Part shown: one piece after another, positions 29,694 through 41,010 of the stretch
Layout of the letters: each line of letters starts with the position of its first letter
Numbering within the stretch: the stretch's first letter is position 1
Assembly: GCA_963762115.1 (NCBI GenBank)
Contig: CAVXJH010000003.1
Location: 512,001 to 576,000 of the forward strand
Origin: Candidatus Babeliales bacterium
GTDB taxonomy: Bacteria > Babelota > Babeliae > Babelales > JANWKD01
DNA length: 64,000 nucleotides
Direction: 5' to 3'
The notes under the pieces: model-generated
What the model was told of the DNA's origin: nothing
Seen by the model: only the letters and a program-made list of their open reading frames with translations
Database searches by the model: none
Program-made: the position numbers and the translations under genes

Positions 29694-32654
29694 TTATTTT
29701 TTTCTATGCTGCAAACTATCAAGAACTATATTTATTTCATTATTTAATTTTTCATGATTACTCTGTACTTGTTGTGCTGAAATAGATTGCGATATTTGTT
29801 CAGAAACAGGTGGTAATCCTGATAAAGAATTTTGTATCCCTAAACTGCTTACACTTCTAGTATGCTCAGAAAACAGCCCTACAAAAAGAGGTTCTATTTC
29901 TATTATCTTATTCTGACTATTGGTTATACTTTCTTTTTTTTGAGCAAAAGTACTTTTATCTTTTTGCTCGTCAATCACAGGTAATACAGGTGCAGTATTT
30001 GATTTCAAGTTAGAATAATTTTGACTGTCATTATCACTTATCTTAGTATTAAACATATCCTTAAAATTCCAAGGTTTTTGATCGGTAAACAAAATATGTC
30101 GATTATTTAATTCTTTAACAAAATATTTTTTTCCATTAACTTCTATGGGCTTTTTCTTTGCATTATTAAGATATTCTAATATTGTCATTTTATTACCAAT
30201 CTTATAAGGAACATTTAAATCTGCTCCTTGTTCAATCAGGAGTTTTACAATGTCAGGATCAAAATCAATAAATGCATATTGCAATGGGGACATCTTACCA
30301 TCACTTACATTAACGTCAGCCCAATACTTTAATAAAAGTACTATTGCAGGTATGGATTTAGCCTTAATTGCATTTATTAATGCTGTACCTCCTTTATTAC
30401 ATGCATTTTGATTTATTCCCAAATCAAGAAAAATTTTAAGGAGTTGCAAATCTTCAGTACGAGCAGCGATCATAAATGTTGCAGCACAACTAACATCATT
30501 AATATCAGCACCATTAACAATTAAAAATTTTGCCGCCAAATCATTATACTTTTCAATTGCATATACTAAAGGTGTTTTATTGTAACGATCGCAAGCATTA
30601 ATCAATGCTCCTTTACTAATCAAATAATCGATTATTTCAAGGCAACCAAAATTTGCCGCATACATTAACGGCGTTATTTTATCATTATTAGTTGCATTTG
30701 GATTAGCACCATAATCAAGCAATAATTTAACAAACTCAAAATTCTTAAAGGTAATTGCATGCATTAGCAATGTTGAACTATCTTTATAACGTGTATCAAT
30801 ACTATTAGTTTTGGTTAATAAAAATTTAATAGCTCTTTCCAAATCAATATTCTCTTTGCACAGAACATCATGTGCTGTTTTAAAGTTCCCATTTATTAAT
30901 GCAATAACAAATTTTTTAAGATGAATATTATTTTCATTTGGTTGTTGATTTTCAACAGGAGCAGAAGCTTGTTCTTCTAAAATAGGTTGCACATCCACTG
31001 CAAGAGCACCATCAAGCACTTCAAGCTGTTGATTTGATTGGTCTCCGGCTGTGAAAACATCGTCATCTTTTTTTTCTAATTCTTCTTCATCAGAAATTTT
31101 TAACTCTGCGTCTTCATGATAACTATCTTCATCTGAAAATTCTAAGGTAGGCATTTCTTCCTGAGCTAGTTGCTCAATTTCCTTTAATTTTGCTCGCAAG
31201 AAATTTTCAACCTCACGATCCAAGAAATTTTCAACCTCATTATCTATGGTTTTTTTTTTATTTGCATGTAAGGGACTTGTTATTACCGTTTCATCTTCAA
31301 TTATAGCTCCCTGACTTACCAAATATTCAACTATCATAAGCGCACCTTTTTTGGCAGCAGAAAAGAGTAACCCATAATTTCTATAATCTTTGACGTTAAC
31401 ATCTGCACCAAGCTCCACCAATTTTTTAACTATATTCAAAATATTAACATTTTCAGGGGCATTTTTATCTAATATTGAAACATAATTTTCTATAACATAA
31501 AATAATGCACTTTTTCCCCATTTATCTTGAAAATTAACATCCAATTCTTCATCATTAAGAAGCAAATCAACAATTTCTTTCGTGCTATAACAAAGGGCAG
31601 TTATTAAGGGCACCGTGCCTTCTTTAGTCGTAGCATTAATATTCGCACCTTTTTCTAACAAAAGTTTTACAATCTCAAAATGCTTGCTTGATATAGCGAT
31701 CATGAGTGGCGTAACACGTCCTAAAATCCATAAATCAATAGCTATATTTTTATGATTAATTAATGCTTTTACAATCTCAATATGACCATAACCAACTGCC
31801 TTTGCTAAAATGGTGTAACCAGCAACATCTCGCGCATTAACATCAACTTTTGGATCATTAATTAATGCAACGAAGGTTTCAAGGTCATTATTAAAAACTG
31901 CCATCATTAAAGATGACCATTCCTTACCAATTTGAGCTCGTTTTTTCCCTGCTGCTTTTTCTTGTAATTCTTTTTTTACTATTTCATCTAATATTCTTTT
32001 TTGTGTTTCAATCATCACTTTTTTTGGATGACTTACCGCTCTTTTAGTGTATCGCATTGGATGTTTGGCAGCTTTAAAACCTTCTTTTATACCCAGTTTT
32101 GCCATATTCATACCAGATCTTGCAGCCCGCGCCAATTTATTTTTTGTGGTTACTTTTTCTACTTTTTCTGGCTCTTTTTCTTTTTTTTCTTCTGATGGTG
32201 TTAAAGATAGATTATATTCATCTGCTATTAGATGCTTTACAATTAGAATATAAGAAAACCCATAAGCAAGAGTAAGAGCAGTATCGCCATTCATATCTTG
32301 TATATCACCACGAGCGCCTTTATCTATTAAACGATGTGCAAAATCCTTATTTCCTTTTAGAATTGCCCATGATAATGGTGTTAAACCCTGTTTATCTTGA
32401 ACATTAACATTGACTTGTAATCCGATAAGCTTAAAGAAAAGAGTAAAGTCATTGTGCTGAGCAGCAAAAATCAATGGTATTATGCCAAGGACATCAGGTT
32501 TATTAAGGTTTTCACCTTGGCTTATACGAGTTTGAATGCTTCCTCTTATGGTATCAATGTTATCGATGTCATCGATGTTCATTTCCATACCAAAAATTGG
32601 CGAAAAATTAGCGATGGTGAGAAAAATGGTTAATAAAATAATATGTTTCTTCAT
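29694..32654 (-). CDS. Secreted ankyrin-repeat protein (third paralogue)
   Basis: Same leader as 3706 and 10116; ankyrin blocks separated by an acidic linker. Confidence 0.9.
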   Translation of the reverse strand: MKKHIILLTIFLTIANFSPIFGMEMNIDDIDNIDTIRGSIQTRISQGENLNKPDVLGIIPLIFAAQHNDFTLFFKLIGLQVNVNVQDKQGLTPLSWAILKGNKDFAHRLIDKGARGDIQDMNGDTALTLAYGFSYILIVKHLIADEYNLSLTPSEEKKEKEPEKVEKVTTKNKLARAARSGMNMAKLGIKEGFKAAKHPMRYTKRAVSHPKKVMIETQKRILDEIVKKELQEKAAGKKRAQIGKEWSSLMMAVFNNDLETFVALINDPKVDVNARDVAGYTILAKAVGYGHIEIVKALINHKNIAIDLWILGRVTPLMIAISSKHFEIVKLLLEKGANINATTKEGTVPLITALCYSTKEIVDLLLNDEELDVNFQDKWGKSALFYVIENYVSILDKNAPENVNILNIVKKLVELGADVNVKDYRNYGLLFSAAKKGALMIVEYLVSQGAIIEDETVITSPLHANKKKTIDNEVENFLDREVENFLRAKLKEIEQLAQEEMPTLEFSDEDSYHEDAELKISDEEELEKKDDDVFTAGDQSNQQLEVLDGALAVDVQPILEEQASAPVENQQPNENNIHLKKFVIALINGNFKTAHDVLCKENIDLERAIKFLLTKTNSIDTRYKDSSTLLMHAITFKNFEFVKLLLDYGANPNATNNDKITPLMYAANFGCLEIIDYLISKGALINACDRYNKTPLVYAIEKYNDLAAKFLIVNGADINDVSCAATFMIAARTEDLQLLKIFLDLGINQNACNKGGTALINAIKAKSIPAIVLLLKYWADVNVSDGKMSPLQYAFIDFDPDIVKLLIEQGADLNVPYKIGNKMTILEYLNNAKKKPIEVNGKKYFVKELNNRHILFTDQKPWNFKDMFNTKISDNDSQNYSNLKSNTAPVLPVIDEQKDKSTFAQKKESITNSQNKIIEIEPLFVGLFSEHTRSVSSLGIQNSLSGLPPVSEQISQSISAQQVQSNHEKLNNEINIVLDSLQHRKK

Positions 32655-32823
32655 TGGTTATCCTTTATTTTGAACCTAAAAAACAGTAAAACATCAATTT
32701 GAGTATAATTTAATATTAGCATAATATAAATATACGTCAACAATCATGCATTCTATTTGAAAATAAAAACAATCATAAAAGAAGCCCCCGATAATTTTGG
32801 GGGCTTCTTTATTTTAAAAACAA

Positions 32824-33075
32824 TTATTGTCGATGGGGAAATATTTCTCGTTCTTCATCTTTGGCATAAACAACAGGACCAACCTCATCAAAAGGATTAC
32901 GTGAATGAGGGAATGAATACGATTCCAAGAACCCATATTCATGCACATAGGCGATAACAGTAGCTTTAACAGAAGGTTGTTCTTCTATCCCTTCTTCCTT
33001 GGTCTGTTGCATACCAAAGCTCATAGTAATGAATGAAATGCTCAAGGCAAGCATGGTTATGTTTGTATGATTCAT
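32824..33075 (-). CDS. Small secreted protein
   Basis: Signal MSFG-MQ; terminator hairpin at 32778-32810. Confidence 0.55.
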   Translation of the reverse strand: MNHTNITMLALSISFITMSFGMQQTKEEGIEEQPSVKATVIAYVHEYGFLESYSFPHSRNPFDEVGPVVYAKDEEREIFPHRQ

Positions 33076-33173
33076 AAGATGTCCAATCGTAAAAAAAGTT
33101 ACTAAAAAAATATTTAAAACAAAAATCTCTGCTTAATAAGTATTTAAAAAAATAACGTTTCCGAGAATAATCG

Positions 33174-35726
33174 TCAAAATCTTTTTGCACCATTCATAGT
33201 ATTAGAACGCCCATTCAATAACCAATAATAAAATAACTTAACTAATTCAGTACCAATGAAACAAATCAAAACAATCAACGCAATTTTAACATACATATCA
33301 AACGTTGGTGGTACAAAGTGAAAGAGTTCTTGGCCAATTGTTGTCAATGGTATACCCAACGTTACAAATGCCGCAAGCACCGATAGGCCAACTAAAATAA
33401 AAGATGGTCGCTTTGCTTTAAAAAAAACTAATCTCGTTCGTATTGAATATATCGAAGCAAGTGCGGTTAAAATATTTTCGATAAACCAATTTGTTTGTAA
33501 TACTTCAGGAGAAATGCGATAAAATAATGAAACAACAATCACATCACAACAAGAATTAACAACAGCAAGCATAGTCGAAATAAGCAACAAATCCTTGAAT
33601 GCATAGGTTTTTGGTTTGCGTAATTCTTGCATATCAACGGTATCCGTTGATATGGCAATCAAAGGAAAATCTGAAAGAAGATTCACCAAAAGAATTTGTA
33701 AGGGCAACATGGGCAAAAAATCAAGAAATAAAGAAGCAAGAGCAACAGAATAAAAATTACCAAAAATTGAAGAAAAACTTGTTTTTAAATATTTAATAGT
33801 ATTGGCAAAAACAATACGTCCTTCATAAATACCATCAATGATGACATTCAAACTTTTTTTGAGCAAAATAATATCAGCAGCATCACGCGCAATATCAGCG
33901 GCCCCTTGCACCACCAAGGCAACATGCGCAACCTTTAGCGCCGGAGCATCATTAATGCCGTCACCCATATACCCAACTTGATTTTTTTCTTGTAGCAACT
34001 GCACAATTTCATATTTTTGTTGCGGCTCAACACGAGCAAAAATAGTATAATCGTAAACAGCTTTTCTTTTTTCTTCCGTATCCAATCGCGCAAACTGCGC
34101 ACCGGTAATTACTTCTTTTCCCGATTTGATAAGCCCTATTTCTATGCCAACAGCTTGAGCAACATCAGACGAATCACCGGTCAAAATTTTTAGAACAACG
34201 CCCAATTGTTTTGCTTTGATAACTGCTTGATGCACATCCTTTTTTATCGGATCAGCGAGCGCAAGCAACCCAACACATTCGCACTTATTTTCATCTTTTG
34301 CTTCTTGAGGCATCTGATCATCATGTACAATAGTTTTTCTAGCAATAACAAGAACACGTCTCCCCTGTAATTCTTGTTGTTTGGTCCATGAACTCATGTC
34401 CTTTTTTTGATCTTCACTCAAATTACAACGATCCAACATCGTTTCAATAACACCGCGAGCAACAACTTCATAGACGCCATTACGTTCCACAACAACCGTA
34501 TTGCGCAAACGAAGAGGATCAAAAGGAACTTCATACATCAATGAGTAAGAAGCAAGATCAGCCTGTTGTTCCGGTTTTAACGCAACCCAACATGCCTCAT
34601 CAATAGGATTAAATCGATGCTTTAAATGATCTTTGGTCAGCAAAGAGGCTGCAATGTTAGCATATTTTAAAACAGCTGGTGTATCAGCACCATACATATC
34701 TGCAACAGCGAGAATGTTTTCCGTTAACGTGCCCGTTTTATCAGAACAAAGAATATCAATACTTCCCAGATCTTCAATTGCTGTAAGTCGTTTCACCACT
34801 ACTTTGTTACGTGCCAGTTTTAAAGCGCCGCGCGATAAACAAAACGTAATAACAATAGGTAACGCTTCTGGTGTTATCGTTACCGCCAATGCTATGGCAA
34901 AAATAAGCAATTGACTAAAAGAAACATATAACCCTTTGAAAAGCAAATTAAGCACCAGCACTAACACAAGCGTGCTTATGACAAGCAAGATAACAAAGCG
35001 ACTAAATGATGCCATTTCTTTTGCAAAAATAGTCTCCCGTTCAGCTTGCTGCGTTAATTGTGCAATTGATCCCATTACGGTTTTTTGTGCCGTTGCAAAC
35101 ACAACACCAATACCTTTTCCACCGACAACGGTGGTCCCCATTACGCCAATGTTTGTGGCTTGAAATAACTGTTCAGGTTCAACTTTTAAAGGTTCACTTA
35201 TTTTTTGTATGGGCACCGATTCACCCGTGATTGTTGATTCATCAATAATCAAACCCTTTTGATCAATAAAACGAACATCAGCTGCAATAACATCGCCAGG
35301 TTCAATAATAATAACATCACCGGGCACTAACGAGGTACTTGGCACTACAGCATCTTTACCATCACGACGGACCTTGACCATCGAAAGAATATATTTTTTG
35401 AGCAATAAAATTGTCTGCTCTGCTTTATATTCTTGATAAAAACCAAGAAGAGTATTGACCATAACAAAAAAAAGAATCATACCTCCTTCAATATATTCGC
35501 CAAATACAACTGCTAGAATTGCCGCACCAAAAAGTAAATAAATAAATGGTGAATGAAGTTGTCGTAAGAATATAAACATTCCATGCACCGTTTCCTCGTG
35601 CAATTGATTGAATCCATATTCTTTTTGACGATTTTTCACTTCAGATTCAGATAACCCTTCTTTTTTGGTTTTTAAATCAGCAAGAATCTGTTCAATTGAT
35701 AACGTCGTATAGGAAAGGTTATCCAT
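33174..35726 (-). CDS. mgtA: P-type ATPase, MgtA-like (Mg2+ importer)
   Basis: TGES, PEALP, DKTGT, PFD, TGD, GDGINDAPAL, QTNWFIE. Confidence 0.8.
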   Translation of the reverse strand: MDNLSYTTLSIEQILADLKTKKEGLSESEVKNRQKEYGFNQLHEETVHGMFIFLRQLHSPFIYLLFGAAILAVVFGEYIEGGMILFFVMVNTLLGFYQEYKAEQTILLLKKYILSMVKVRRDGKDAVVPSTSLVPGDVIIIEPGDVIAADVRFIDQKGLIIDESTITGESVPIQKISEPLKVEPEQLFQATNIGVMGTTVVGGKGIGVVFATAQKTVMGSIAQLTQQAERETIFAKEMASFSRFVILLVISTLVLVLVLNLLFKGLYVSFSQLLIFAIALAVTITPEALPIVITFCLSRGALKLARNKVVVKRLTAIEDLGSIDILCSDKTGTLTENILAVADMYGADTPAVLKYANIAASLLTKDHLKHRFNPIDEACWVALKPEQQADLASYSLMYEVPFDPLRLRNTVVVERNGVYEVVARGVIETMLDRCNLSEDQKKDMSSWTKQQELQGRRVLVIARKTIVHDDQMPQEAKDENKCECVGLLALADPIKKDVHQAVIKAKQLGVVLKILTGDSSDVAQAVGIEIGLIKSGKEVITGAQFARLDTEEKRKAVYDYTIFARVEPQQKYEIVQLLQEKNQVGYMGDGINDAPALKVAHVALVVQGAADIARDAADIILLKKSLNVIIDGIYEGRIVFANTIKYLKTSFSSIFGNFYSVALASLFLDFLPMLPLQILLVNLLSDFPLIAISTDTVDMQELRKPKTYAFKDLLLISTMLAVVNSCCDVIVVSLFYRISPEVLQTNWFIENILTALASIYSIRTRLVFFKAKRPSFILVGLSVLAAFVTLGIPLTTIGQELFHFVPPTFDMYVKIALIVLICFIGTELVKLFYYWLLNGRSNTMNGAKRF

Positions 35727-35831
35727 AAATCTCCCTTTTATTTTTTTTATAAAATTATTAAAACACTCAACTTTTCTTAAAAGAATACCTAAACTAATAA
35801 CTATCTTTCAACGCATTATGAGTTAACGATT

Positions 35832-36269
35832 ATGACAAGACATGTTAGAGAATTTTTACCTACGATTCTTCCAACACAAAAAACGTGGCAATTATATATT
35901 ATCCAAAATTGGGAAACGATTGTTGGTGATCTGAAACAATATGTGCGTCTTGAAAAAATTCAAGATGACAACACACTTTTGTTAGGCGTTACTCACACAG
36001 CATGGATGCAAGAATTATATTATTTATCAGATGTTATCATCCAAAAAATTAATACAAAATTAGAACATCCCCATGTAAAACATCTTCGTTTTAAATATAC
36101 ACCACGCAAAAAAAAAATAGTTGAGCACAGCTTACCCATAAAAAATAAACCAATCTGCAAAACAATTACCTTAACACCACGCCAAAAAAAAGCTCTCGAA
36201 TATATCGATGATCAACAATTGCAAGAAGCTTTAACCAATTTTCTTATCCGTTGTACTAAAGAATACTAA
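35832..36269 (+). CDS. dciA: DUF721/DciA family protein
   Basis: WETIVG...LLLGV...AWMQEL...IIQKIN pattern. Confidence 0.75.
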   Translation: MTRHVREFLPTILPTQKTWQLYIIQNWETIVGDLKQYVRLEKIQDDNTLLLGVTHTAWMQELYYLSDVIIQKINTKLEHPHVKHLRFKYTPRKKKIVEHSLPIKNKPICKTITLTPRQKKALEYIDDQQLQEALTNFLIRCTKEY

Positions 36270-36280
36270 GGGAGATTATA

Positions 36281-37927
36281 ATGAAGCGTATTGTCCAAAA
36301 TGTAGTACTAATACTACCGCTCATTCTTTCAATGGTGACCAGTTACTCAAGGCCATCTTCACAAAATTATCAAACATATCTTTGGGCACATTTTAACCAT
36401 TTAAATAAACATGATGATGTTGCAGAAAAAAGCTATCAACTTCTTTTGCGTGAAAAGCCACACAGCATCGTGTATGAAGGATACGCTCATCATCTTTTTC
36501 AAACAGAGCATTATGCACAATTAGTACAACTCATACCAGAACTTGAAAAAAGTGTACCCAACAATCTTGATACACAACTCTTATGCGCACAAGCATTAGA
36601 CCTTGTTGGCAAACGAGATGAGGCCACAAAAAAATTAGTCACCTTAAGCAATCAATTTCCCACAAATCCTGAAGTTGTTTATTATGCTGCAGCAGCACAA
36701 GCGCAAAGCAACCAGAATGATGCGGCCCTAAAAATCATTGATGCATATCTTGCTAATACGCCAGAACACATGAAGCAATTCATTTTTTATTTTTTAAAAG
36801 CACAAATTTATTCTGCTATCGGCAACAAAGAAGCCGCTTTAGAAAATGTAAAAAAGTCACTTGAACTTAATACACAATTTGATCAAGGATGGCTCCTATT
36901 AGGACTTATCCATGAATTATCAGGAGAACTTGATCATGCTCTTAAGGGATATCATCAATGCCTGAATATCATGGGCAGCAATGAACTTCTTGAAAGACAA
37001 ATCATACAATTACAACTGCGCAAACAGCAACAGCAGTTCACGAACACGTCACAAGCACAGTATACAAAAGCCCTTGAACTATTTAATAAAAATAACTACC
37101 AAGAAGCACTCGTTTTTGTTGATGCAACACTCAAAAAAGGCACCCATACCCCAAGTCGAATATTGAAAATAGAAATTTTTTGTCGCACCGGCCATGTTTC
37201 CCAAGCAATTGCACTTTTACAAGAATGGGCGCTCATTGATGACCGTAATGAAACTTGGTATCGCGCTCTTCATATTTTACAACAGGCAGGAGCTCCAACC
37301 AACGCTATTTTACACACCTATAACGTTCTTGAAAAAAAGAATGCTAAAAACTGGCTACCTTGCGCTTATCAAGCAGATCTTTATCTCAAAACACAACAAA
37401 TACAACAAGCACAAAATTACTTAAGAAAAACATTAGAGCTTTGTACCGATCCAAAAATTCGTACACGAACATCATTTCAATTAGCACTCATCGCTTATCA
37501 AGCACAACAATGGCAAGCATTGGAAAAAATCCTTAAAAGTGCCTATGAACTTAATCATGATTTCCCTCCATTACTCAATTTATTTGCTTATTATCATGCA
37601 ACACAAACCAAACAATTTGATATGGCACAAAAACTCATCGAAAAAGCATTAGCAAAAGATCCTCGCAATCCTCATTTCTTAGATACACAAGCAATTATTT
37701 GGCATAAAAAGAAAGAATTCAAAAAGGCTTATGATACTCTTGTTGTTGTCGCACAACAGGTTCCTCACGATAGTTTGATACACTATCATTTAGCAAAAGC
37801 TGCACATCACCTAGGTGAAAATTCACTTGCACAATCAAGTGTAGAAAAAGCAATTGCACTCAGCTCAAACCAAAAAGATAAAGAACGCTATAAAAACTAT
37901 TTACATGCATGGAATTCTCGAAAATAA
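36281..37927 (+). CDS. Exported TPR-repeat protein
   Basis: Multiple TPR units, LLNLFAY...KAL..DP.NPHFLDT. Confidence 0.85.
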   Translation: MKRIVQNVVLILPLILSMVTSYSRPSSQNYQTYLWAHFNHLNKHDDVAEKSYQLLLREKPHSIVYEGYAHHLFQTEHYAQLVQLIPELEKSVPNNLDTQLLCAQALDLVGKRDEATKKLVTLSNQFPTNPEVVYYAAAAQAQSNQNDAALKIIDAYLANTPEHMKQFIFYFLKAQIYSAIGNKEAALENVKKSLELNTQFDQGWLLLGLIHELSGELDHALKGYHQCLNIMGSNELLERQIIQLQLRKQQQQFTNTSQAQYTKALELFNKNNYQEALVFVDATLKKGTHTPSRILKIEIFCRTGHVSQAIALLQEWALIDDRNETWYRALHILQQAGAPTNAILHTYNVLEKKNAKNWLPCAYQADLYLKTQQIQQAQNYLRKTLELCTDPKIRTRTSFQLALIAYQAQQWQALEKILKSAYELNHDFPPLLNLFAYYHATQTKQFDMAQKLIEKALAKDPRNPHFLDTQAIIWHKKKEFKKAYDTLVVVAQQVPHDSLIHYHLAKAAHHLGENSLAQSSVEKAIALSSNQKDKERYKNYLHAWNSRK

Positions 37928-37931
37928 TGAT

Positions 37932-38966
37932 ATGAAAAAATCGTATATTTGCTTTGTTGCAGGAAAATCAGGCGGACATCTCTTGCCCTGTATTGCCAAA
38001 GCACAACAAATTATAGCCCAACAACCTGAAACAGAAATTTTATTTTTCACCACAAAAAATATTCTTGATAAAAAAATTATAGAACAATATCCATGTATCA
38101 AACACATCGTTTTTTTGCCCATTCGCCCTTTTGCACAAAAACATTTTTGGCGTTATCCATCATTTTTTTGGCATCTTATATACTCTTTTTTTATGAGTTT
38201 ATTTTTTTTATATCGCTATAAACCAACAATCATTATAAGCATGGGCGGCCTCATCTCAATTCCTGTTTGTTTGGCAGGAAAAGCACTTTCATTACCTATC
38301 ACCTTATACGAACTCAATGTTATTCCCGGCAAAGCAATTCAAGCACTTGCGCCTTTGGCTGATTCTCTTTTTATTTGTTTTCAAAAAACACAGGACTATT
38401 TTAAAAAAAAATGTACCATTGCCGAATATCCACTCCGTTTTACTCAACACCATAAAGCAATAACTAAAGAAGAAGCCCGTGAAAAATTAGGTTTAAAAAA
38501 AAATATACCCACCATAGTTATTTTTGGTGGATCACAAGGATCATTATTTTTAAACAATATTATTAAATCATGGGTGGCAACTATTCATAGTCATGAAGCG
38601 GTTCAAATTATTCATCAAATTGGTAATCATGATATACAAGAGTGGCACAATTTTTACAACACCTTAGAGGTCACCGCTATTGTATTCTCATTTCAGCATG
38701 AAATTGAACAATATTATGCCGCCGCTGATATCATAGTGTGCAGAGCAGGAGCTGGAACCTTGTTTGAAATTCTTTTTTTTCAAAAACCAACTATTGTTGT
38801 TCCCCTTGAAACCAACACCAACAACCATCAACTTACCAACGCATTAGTTTGCGCGGAAGAAAATCCAAATCTTATCACGGTCATTCGACAACGCGACATA
38901 CAACACAATGCCAATGTATTTTCATCACTGATGAATCAGAAACTTACTTTGCTGGCCAATCCTTAG
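37932..38966 (+). CDS. murG: Lipid II GlcNAc transferase MurG
   Basis: GKSGGHLLP, GG..S.P, ELN..PG, GGSQGS, RAGAGT.E, HQ..NA. Confidence 0.92.
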   Translation: MKKSYICFVAGKSGGHLLPCIAKAQQIIAQQPETEILFFTTKNILDKKIIEQYPCIKHIVFLPIRPFAQKHFWRYPSFFWHLIYSFFMSLFFLYRYKPTIIISMGGLISIPVCLAGKALSLPITLYELNVIPGKAIQALAPLADSLFICFQKTQDYFKKKCTIAEYPLRFTQHHKAITKEEAREKLGLKKNIPTIVIFGGSQGSLFLNNIIKSWVATIHSHEAVQIIHQIGNHDIQEWHNFYNTLEVTAIVFSFQHEIEQYYAAADIIVCRAGAGTLFEILFFQKPTIVVPLETNTNNHQLTNALVCAEENPNLITVIRQRDIQHNANVFSSLMNQKLTLLANP

Positions 38967-40830
38967 GCTTATCGCCTGCCAATAAAATAAATTCATTGCT
39001 GCCCGCTTGATAAATAAGTGGATAATTTTCAAAGCTCACTGGACCAGATAAAAGCATATCCAATCCATGTTTCCCCAACGCATTTAACGTTTTGCTTCCA
39101 CCCTTTGTCTCAAAAAAACCATCAGCGCCATACTGTTGTATGAACTGAGTAATCTCTTGTGTTATTCCTGACTTATTAGTTTGATAGGCAACAATCCAAG
39201 CAATTATTTTTTTATCCAAATCATCAGAAAATTTTTGCAATTTTTCTTTATCACTACTAATTTTTTTTGCATCCAAGAATGTAGCAAATAATCCACTTAA
39301 TTGATCAATGCGTAACAATGCTGGAGGAATTTGATAATAATAAGGCCCATACCCAAGTCCTCGTGGGCTAAAACGATCAACTAATAACACAAGACCTTTT
39401 ACGCCAGAATTTCCATTACCCTTGGTATCATCAATAATTCCTTTGAGATTAGGTTTTACGGCAGAAAGAACCGTGGCAGCATCAAACGTCGACACCTTCA
39501 CAACCGGCTCAAGAGCATCTTGTCCTATCACCCCATCTGTAAGTCTTTTTAGAAATGCTTTTGCCTTTACATCATCTTGAGTCGCGACAAAAACAACCAA
39601 AAGAGAAGATTTTTTTTCAGAAATTTGTGGCCGCAACAATGAAAAGTCAACAACATCCCCCGCTTTAATTTTTTTCTGAAATAATGAGTCTTTGGTTGTA
39701 TATGAAATCCACACTTGTCCATTCGGCTCAAAAGGCATATCAGTATCTTTTGGATCCATCTTTTTTTTATAATCATCAGGAGATTGATACCACACATGAC
39801 ATTCCAGGGGATTTATATCACGCACAACATTTTTTTTTGCATCTGCACCAAGTGTTTGCGGATAATGTCCAAGCGCTAATCCTTGCATGCCAACATCAAA
39901 ATTTTGACCATTTTGAAAAACCTCATAGGTATATAACATAGGCTCACTGGGGATAAATTCTTTTGGTTTTACCGGATTAGGTTGCATGCCGCAAATTGCT
40001 TCCGGCATAAGTGGCAATGAAGCAAACACCGTTGACCCATCTTTCAAGAACGTTAAAAAACGTTTTTCAGTGCCCTCTTTTGCTGGACGTATTGAATCTT
40101 TCACAAGACTATCTGAACTGAGCAAACTAAAAGAACCTGGTTCTAACGTTGCTTGATATGTTTGGCCATTTTTCATAAATTTCAAGATAGCTGATTGCGC
40201 TGCAGAATTAGTAAACACGCCATTAAATTCATTTGTTGTAGTTTTAATGCCCAAATATTCAGCCTTTGGCACTGTTTTATCGGTGTATACGCGGTAATAA
40301 TACACATTATTAGTCATATCAGGATACGCAATATTTTTTCGAAATATCGTATTCCAATTTGTTGGATTGGCAGGTTTTTTGGTGGCACTATATGATTCAT
40401 ATAAACCAGGATTATTCACATCAATTTGAAGAGCAACTTTAAAATAAAGATCCATGTGCCAAAAAAGACCATTTTGCACACCACCAACATATTGGTATGG
40501 CTGCACAACTTCTGCACGAATAGTATCACCATCAAAATCAATACCCATCACTTTTTTGACATCTTCTATAACAGCATTTATAGGCCCTGGCGAATCATTC
40601 CAAACCATCACCGAATAACTACAACCACCCGCCATGATACATTTACCTGAAAATGTTGCAGCAATACCAGTACCGAAATTCTCACCATAATCTTTTACTG
40701 AATTCCACGCACCATTGAATGCGCCTGTCAATTGATCAACACCATCATCAGCGTTAGTAATTATTATTTGCATGCAAATAATAATTACTAAACCAAGCTT
40801 AATAAGTATATTACTTCTACTACCAATCAT
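38944..40830 (-). CDS. Large secreted hypothetical protein
   Basis: Signal peptide, 628-aa ORF. Confidence 0.75.
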   Translation of the reverse strand: MIGSRSNILIKLGLVIIICMQIIITNADDGVDQLTGAFNGAWNSVKDYGENFGTGIAATFSGKCIMAGGCSYSVMVWNDSPGPINAVIEDVKKVMGIDFDGDTIRAEVVQPYQYVGGVQNGLFWHMDLYFKVALQIDVNNPGLYESYSATKKPANPTNWNTIFRKNIAYPDMTNNVYYYRVYTDKTVPKAEYLGIKTTTNEFNGVFTNSAAQSAILKFMKNGQTYQATLEPGSFSLLSSDSLVKDSIRPAKEGTEKRFLTFLKDGSTVFASLPLMPEAICGMQPNPVKPKEFIPSEPMLYTYEVFQNGQNFDVGMQGLALGHYPQTLGADAKKNVVRDINPLECHVWYQSPDDYKKKMDPKDTDMPFEPNGQVWISYTTKDSLFQKKIKAGDVVDFSLLRPQISEKKSSLLVVFVATQDDVKAKAFLKRLTDGVIGQDALEPVVKVSTFDAATVLSAVKPNLKGIIDDTKGNGNSGVKGLVLLVDRFSPRGLGYGPYYYQIPPALLRIDQLSGLFATFLDAKKISSDKEKLQKFSDDLDKKIIAWIVAYQTNKSGITQEITQFIQQYGADGFFETKGGSKTLNALGKHGLDMLLSGPVSFENYPLIYQAGSNEFILLAGDKPKDWPAK

Positions 40831-41010
40831 ATCAAACTCCTTGTATTCTTTTTTTATTTTCTAAAAAAAGCATACAGAAATCGTTTATGTTCATGCAATT
40901 ACTTTGAAAAGATTCCATAAAGTTTTGTACATGAATAAAACTATTGCCAATTTTTAAACCAATTTATTAAATTAAATAAAATTAAAAAATTATAAAAAAG
41001 GAACTTAAAA

